A stretch of DNA of 63,999 nucleotides, filler included, from Asterionella formosa (lineage: Eukaryota): NCBI GenBank assembly GCA_002256025.1. It is 6 parts of 6 records of this genome, joined end to end, with 100 filler letters (N's around TTAATTAATTAA, not from the genome) between each part and the next. Parts side by side here need not be neighbours in the genome. Positions count along the whole stretch, not along the records: positions 60,425 to 62,180 come from NKIB01001270.1; positions 62,281 to 63,999 come from NKIB01001396.1; 4 more parts are not named here. One strand, 5' to 3'. Under the pieces are notes generated by a model. It had not been told where the DNA came from and ran no database searches. It saw only the letters and a list, made by a program, of their open reading frames with translations. Positions 60,425 through 63,999 of the stretch are shown here, in pieces. Within the stretch, counting starts at the first letter, position 1; every line of letters begins with the position of its first letter. A program made the position numbers and the translations under genes.

Positions 60425-61119
60425 CAAGGTATTGGCAAATATTTACGTGGTCAGTATGAGGTATGTAACAGGTCAAAATTCTACCATGTAGAATTTTTGG
60501 TAGAATTTGTTATCTCGTTTTGGTAGTATATTCTACCAATCATAATAACGAGGTTAGGGTTAACAGTGATATTTTCAAGAAAATGCTACCGGTACCTGCA
60601 AGGAAAAGGAGAGCAATACCTGTATATGTTCTATCTACCGATAATTTCGGTAGTCCATAATTACTTCATTCTTAAAGTTCCTTTAACCCGTCTCAACTGT
60701 AATAATCACTGTTAATGATACTCGCTGCTATTCTATACAAGGATGCATGGACGCGAGATTGACACACGAGGATGATGGACTTTCGAATGGTAAGGCAAAA
60801 GATGGCAACAACACAGTATGCCCTGCTCGCTCACACTTGCTCCCATCGAACACAACACAGCAACAATCCTGCGGATTCAACAGCACATGGTACATCCGTC
60901 ACGTGGAAGCATCGCCCTCCAAGCACTGTAAAATGCCGTCACCAACCGAAGGTCGGTCGCTTCCGTTGCATTTCAGGCTATGTACCAAACCGTTCACACC
61001 GCGGACCAGCCGCCGCAAAACATGGCTGATTCTGGGATTCAAGACAAGTTGAGGACGGATCTGTTCCTGGAAGTGGAAGTCAACCAAACAGAATGTGGGA
61101 CCGAAAGGATAGATCCTGA

Positions 61120-61480
61120 ACTCAAAGTGGTTGTTGCGTGAATTCAACAGACTGCCACACTTTCTTGAGCATCGTCTTGAGCCTTCATATACACCAAAAC
61201 TATTTGAACTGTTTTACACAGTCTGAAATTGTGACGACTTTTGGAAGAATTTGATGCTCGTGGGTGGTTCACTTGGAGCAGTTTTATTGGTCTTTGCTGC
61301 ACTTAACAATGCTTTTTTACTTCACTTCAAGATTGGCGATTGGAATCTTCTAGTATGGTATGTTGGTGTGCTGGGTATAATTTACTCGACAGGAAAGGCT
61401 ATGCTCCCAGATCCAAAGATTCACCCCTGATACACTCGCAACATCTTTGCCAAGGTTGAAAACTGCCTTGCTTTCGCAGT
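61120..61480 (+). pseudogene. ATG9: ATG9 (autophagy lipid scramblase) pseudogene fragment
   Basis: 'KWLLREFNRLPHFLEHRLEPSY' matches the ATG9 W..RE.NELPH....RL..SY motif. After frameshifts it reads 'LVGGSLGAVLLVFAALNNAFLLHFKIGDWNLLVWYVGVLGIIYSTGKAMLPDP'. Frameshifts and a stop disrupt it. Confidence 0.75.
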
Positions 61481-62180
61481 TTGTAGTTCATATCGATTTC
61501 TATCCTGATATTTGGAATGGGTGTGGTTGGTTAAAAGTGTACATAACCATGTACCATGCAGAAAACTATTTGCTTGTCCATGAAGGTTTAGTGGTGATGG
61601 CGTTCCTCCAGTTGTGGTGGTTCCAATGGACATGACAGCACCATCTACAGTTGGAAGTAGTGTGAATGTTGAGGGGCAAATTCAACAATTAACAAGCAGG
61701 CAACGATTTGCAATTATAGTTGGACCTCATTATGGTTCTGGCCTACAAGCAACTGTATGTAATCCCAGCAAGGCTCCAACAAAGTCGCAAGGACTTTGTG
61801 AAGTTGGAATTGCGGAGAGAAAGTCAGTCAGGCTATTTACAAGGCTTGAGAGGGGGAGGAATAAATGATTTTATTATTGGGTAAGTTACAGAGCAGATTA
61901 CCGGTAGTTGTGGTTAAAGTGCTCATACAATGATCAACAGAATATATGAGGCATATTGTCAAGAACTTTCATTGACCCACATTTTCAACAAAATGCTTAT
62001 TGATTGATGCAATGGTGAAAATCTACAACTACGTGTTTAGTTTATTTCTACCACATTAACTAGCATGCACATTATTACATTCTCATTGTTTCCATGTAAT
62101 GTTAGTCATTTGATATGAGTTGATTTACCGATGTGTTAATATGTATTGTAGGAGTACCATAGTATGATAGCCGACACAAA

Positions 62181-62280
62181 NNNNNNNNNNNNNNNNNNNN
62201 NNNNNNNNNNNNNNNNNNNNNNNNTTAATTAATTAANNNNNNNNNNNNNNNNNNNNNNNNNNNNNNNNNNNNNNNNNNNN
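62181..62280. other. Artificial contig spacer
   Basis: N44-TTAATTAATTAA-N44. Confidence 0.98.
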
Positions 62281-63600
62281 GTTTTGCTGGAATGATGAAA
62301 CACTGAAGTACTACAGAGAGCTTCTTGTTGATATTGAACAACAGAACGCAATCGAAAAGGAACGAATATCAAACAGTGAGGGTAAGCCCGACATTGAAGG
62401 TAGGCAAGACTATTATCGTTTTCAAGAGTTGACAATGCATGAATGGGATAATTACAATCAAGAACAGAAAAAGATTGTAAGGAATGATCCCATACCTTTG
62501 GATACATCCAAGATCGTAAATTCTACCAGCCTCTTTGACTTTAAAGGTGATCGTTGAAACATTCCAATTCATTGCCATATCCCATAACAGCAGCTGCTAC
62601 CTTTCCCTTTATTGATTTTTTCGATACAAGTAATTGATGTGTTTCTTCACTTCTCCTCGCTCTTTCGCATATTTATTTATGAAATCCTTCATCAAATCAT
62701 TTCAATAATGCTTTATAATTACAGGATAAATCACTTATCTCCTTGGCCTGCTCAAATACTGTCCCAGTGACTGCAGCAGTTTCGGAAATCTTTGGTAAGT
62801 AGTCATGAATTACATCCAGCCTGGCGACCATGTCCTGTTTCAATATTTCCAACTCTTTACTAGATAAATGGGACAAATCACTTTCTTCCTCGACCTGTTT
62901 ATTTATTTTACTTTCCCAATCACTCCTATAATTTCGGAACTCTTTGGTGACAAGTCATGGACTGCTTCTTCCGGATTGGCAACCATGTCTGGAGTTGCCT
63001 TTAATTTACATTTTGCTTTTGCTTTGAAAGGGGGAGATTTTATATCAAGTCTATCAGATTCGATAGATTCAATTAGATGCTCTGAGGAAGTAGAAACAAG
63101 ATCTACCATGGGCATAAACGCAACGACACGATCTTTACTTCTTGGAATGGTATTGGGAGAAGATGAACTGGCATCAACTATTTCGTTTTCACTCGCCTGT
63201 GGTGTCAATGCATAAATAGAGAATACAGGACGTCGGTGATCTTTATTTGGAATGACAGGTATGACTAATTCCATCATCTCGTCAGGAAAAAAGTTTTCCA
63301 ATTTTGGCGATGCCTCTCAAATGCGGCCGTAATGGTGCACAGAAGAAAATTCTTCTTTTCTTCTGTATCAATACCAGCACCAAAAACATTAGTAAAAATA
63401 CAGGGATCATTTGAAACGCCCCAATAACGGAGAAGTTTATCAACATCATTGGACTCATTTCGACAAGCATTGTTGCTGTATGACATCGGAATCAGCTATT
63501 GATTGAATAATGGTTTTGGTACCCTCATAAATATTTTACACTTATTCAAATTGGAATGGCAACAAGGAACGCACCGTTGTTGCACAGAATTCATTCTAAT
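62281..63600 (-). pseudogene. Fragmented long ORF, probably transposon-derived
   Basis: Consecutive minus-strand ORF pieces (63486-63274, 63301-62903, 62578-62369) in shifting frames suggest one decayed gene. No family recognised. Confidence 0.3.
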
Positions 63601-63999
63601 AGGATTGTTGTCGGGTACAAGGTTTACATACACATAAGGTGATCTGTGTAAAGTCATAACCTTCGCTAAAACAATAATTGATCAAAGAGCAACAGCTATT
63701 GATCAATCAAACAACGTATCAATGTATCAAAACATTTGATTAGCAGATTAGTTCTGATAACTAATACATATATGACTTTTATCTATGCATAACCCGACGT
63801 GTGTACGCAAATAATCTAACAAACAAATTTGATTGACCACACCGTCACAGTCGTTGATATATCAAAATGATCATCAACTATCAACAATTTTGATTAACCG
63901 ATTAGATTTGGTAACTGATAAATAAGAGATATTATTTATGCATACCCTAACATGTGCATGCTAGTAACCTCACGTACAAATTTGATTGATCATACAGAC

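Noticed and set aside
56611..62280. Regular ~1857-bp periodicity of TTAATTAATTAA, suggesting an array
   Set aside because: It is a synthetic linker inside N runs. The period reflects equal-sized contigs.

Overview
Eukaryotic nuclear DNA, most likely from a diatom. The basis is bipartite signal+transit presequences on plastid proteins, short GT-AG introns and compact genes separated by AT-rich transposon debris. The window is not one contiguous locus. Five 100-bp N-spacers carrying a TTAATTAATTAA all-frame-stop linker join six apparently size-sorted contigs (>=28.27 kb, 28.24 kb, then 1757, 1757, 1756 and >=1719 bp). Contig 1 (1-28274) carries a thylakoid-lumen protein, CGL160/Atp1, a two-box HMG protein head-to-head with EAF6, a histidine acid phosphatase, a plant-type CCR4 deadenylase and a GET2/CAML-like protein, plus pogo and Harbinger relics. 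Contig 2 (28375-56610) carries a RING protein, an 8-TM microbial-rhodopsin/histidine-kinase fusion, a UbiE/MenG methyltransferase, an 860-aa 5-TM orphan, three tandem receptor-like RING-H2 E3 ligases sharing an unassigned 6-Cys ectodomain, an R3H-DExH helicase with a plastid-type presequence, a HAD-IIA hydrolase and an RCC1-repeat protein. The small contigs hold a complete TIR element with a target-site duplication, a 22-bp satellite and an ATG9 pseudogene fragment. Top findings: (1) the rhodopsin-HK, which keeps the retinal Lys but has His->Gln at the phospho-acceptor; (2) GGTACC/CCWGG palindromic tracts upstream of most genes; (3) the RING-H2 receptor cluster; (4) a tRNA-like Pol III unit inside a transposon relic. 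All family calls come from motif recognition by eye; no database searches were run.
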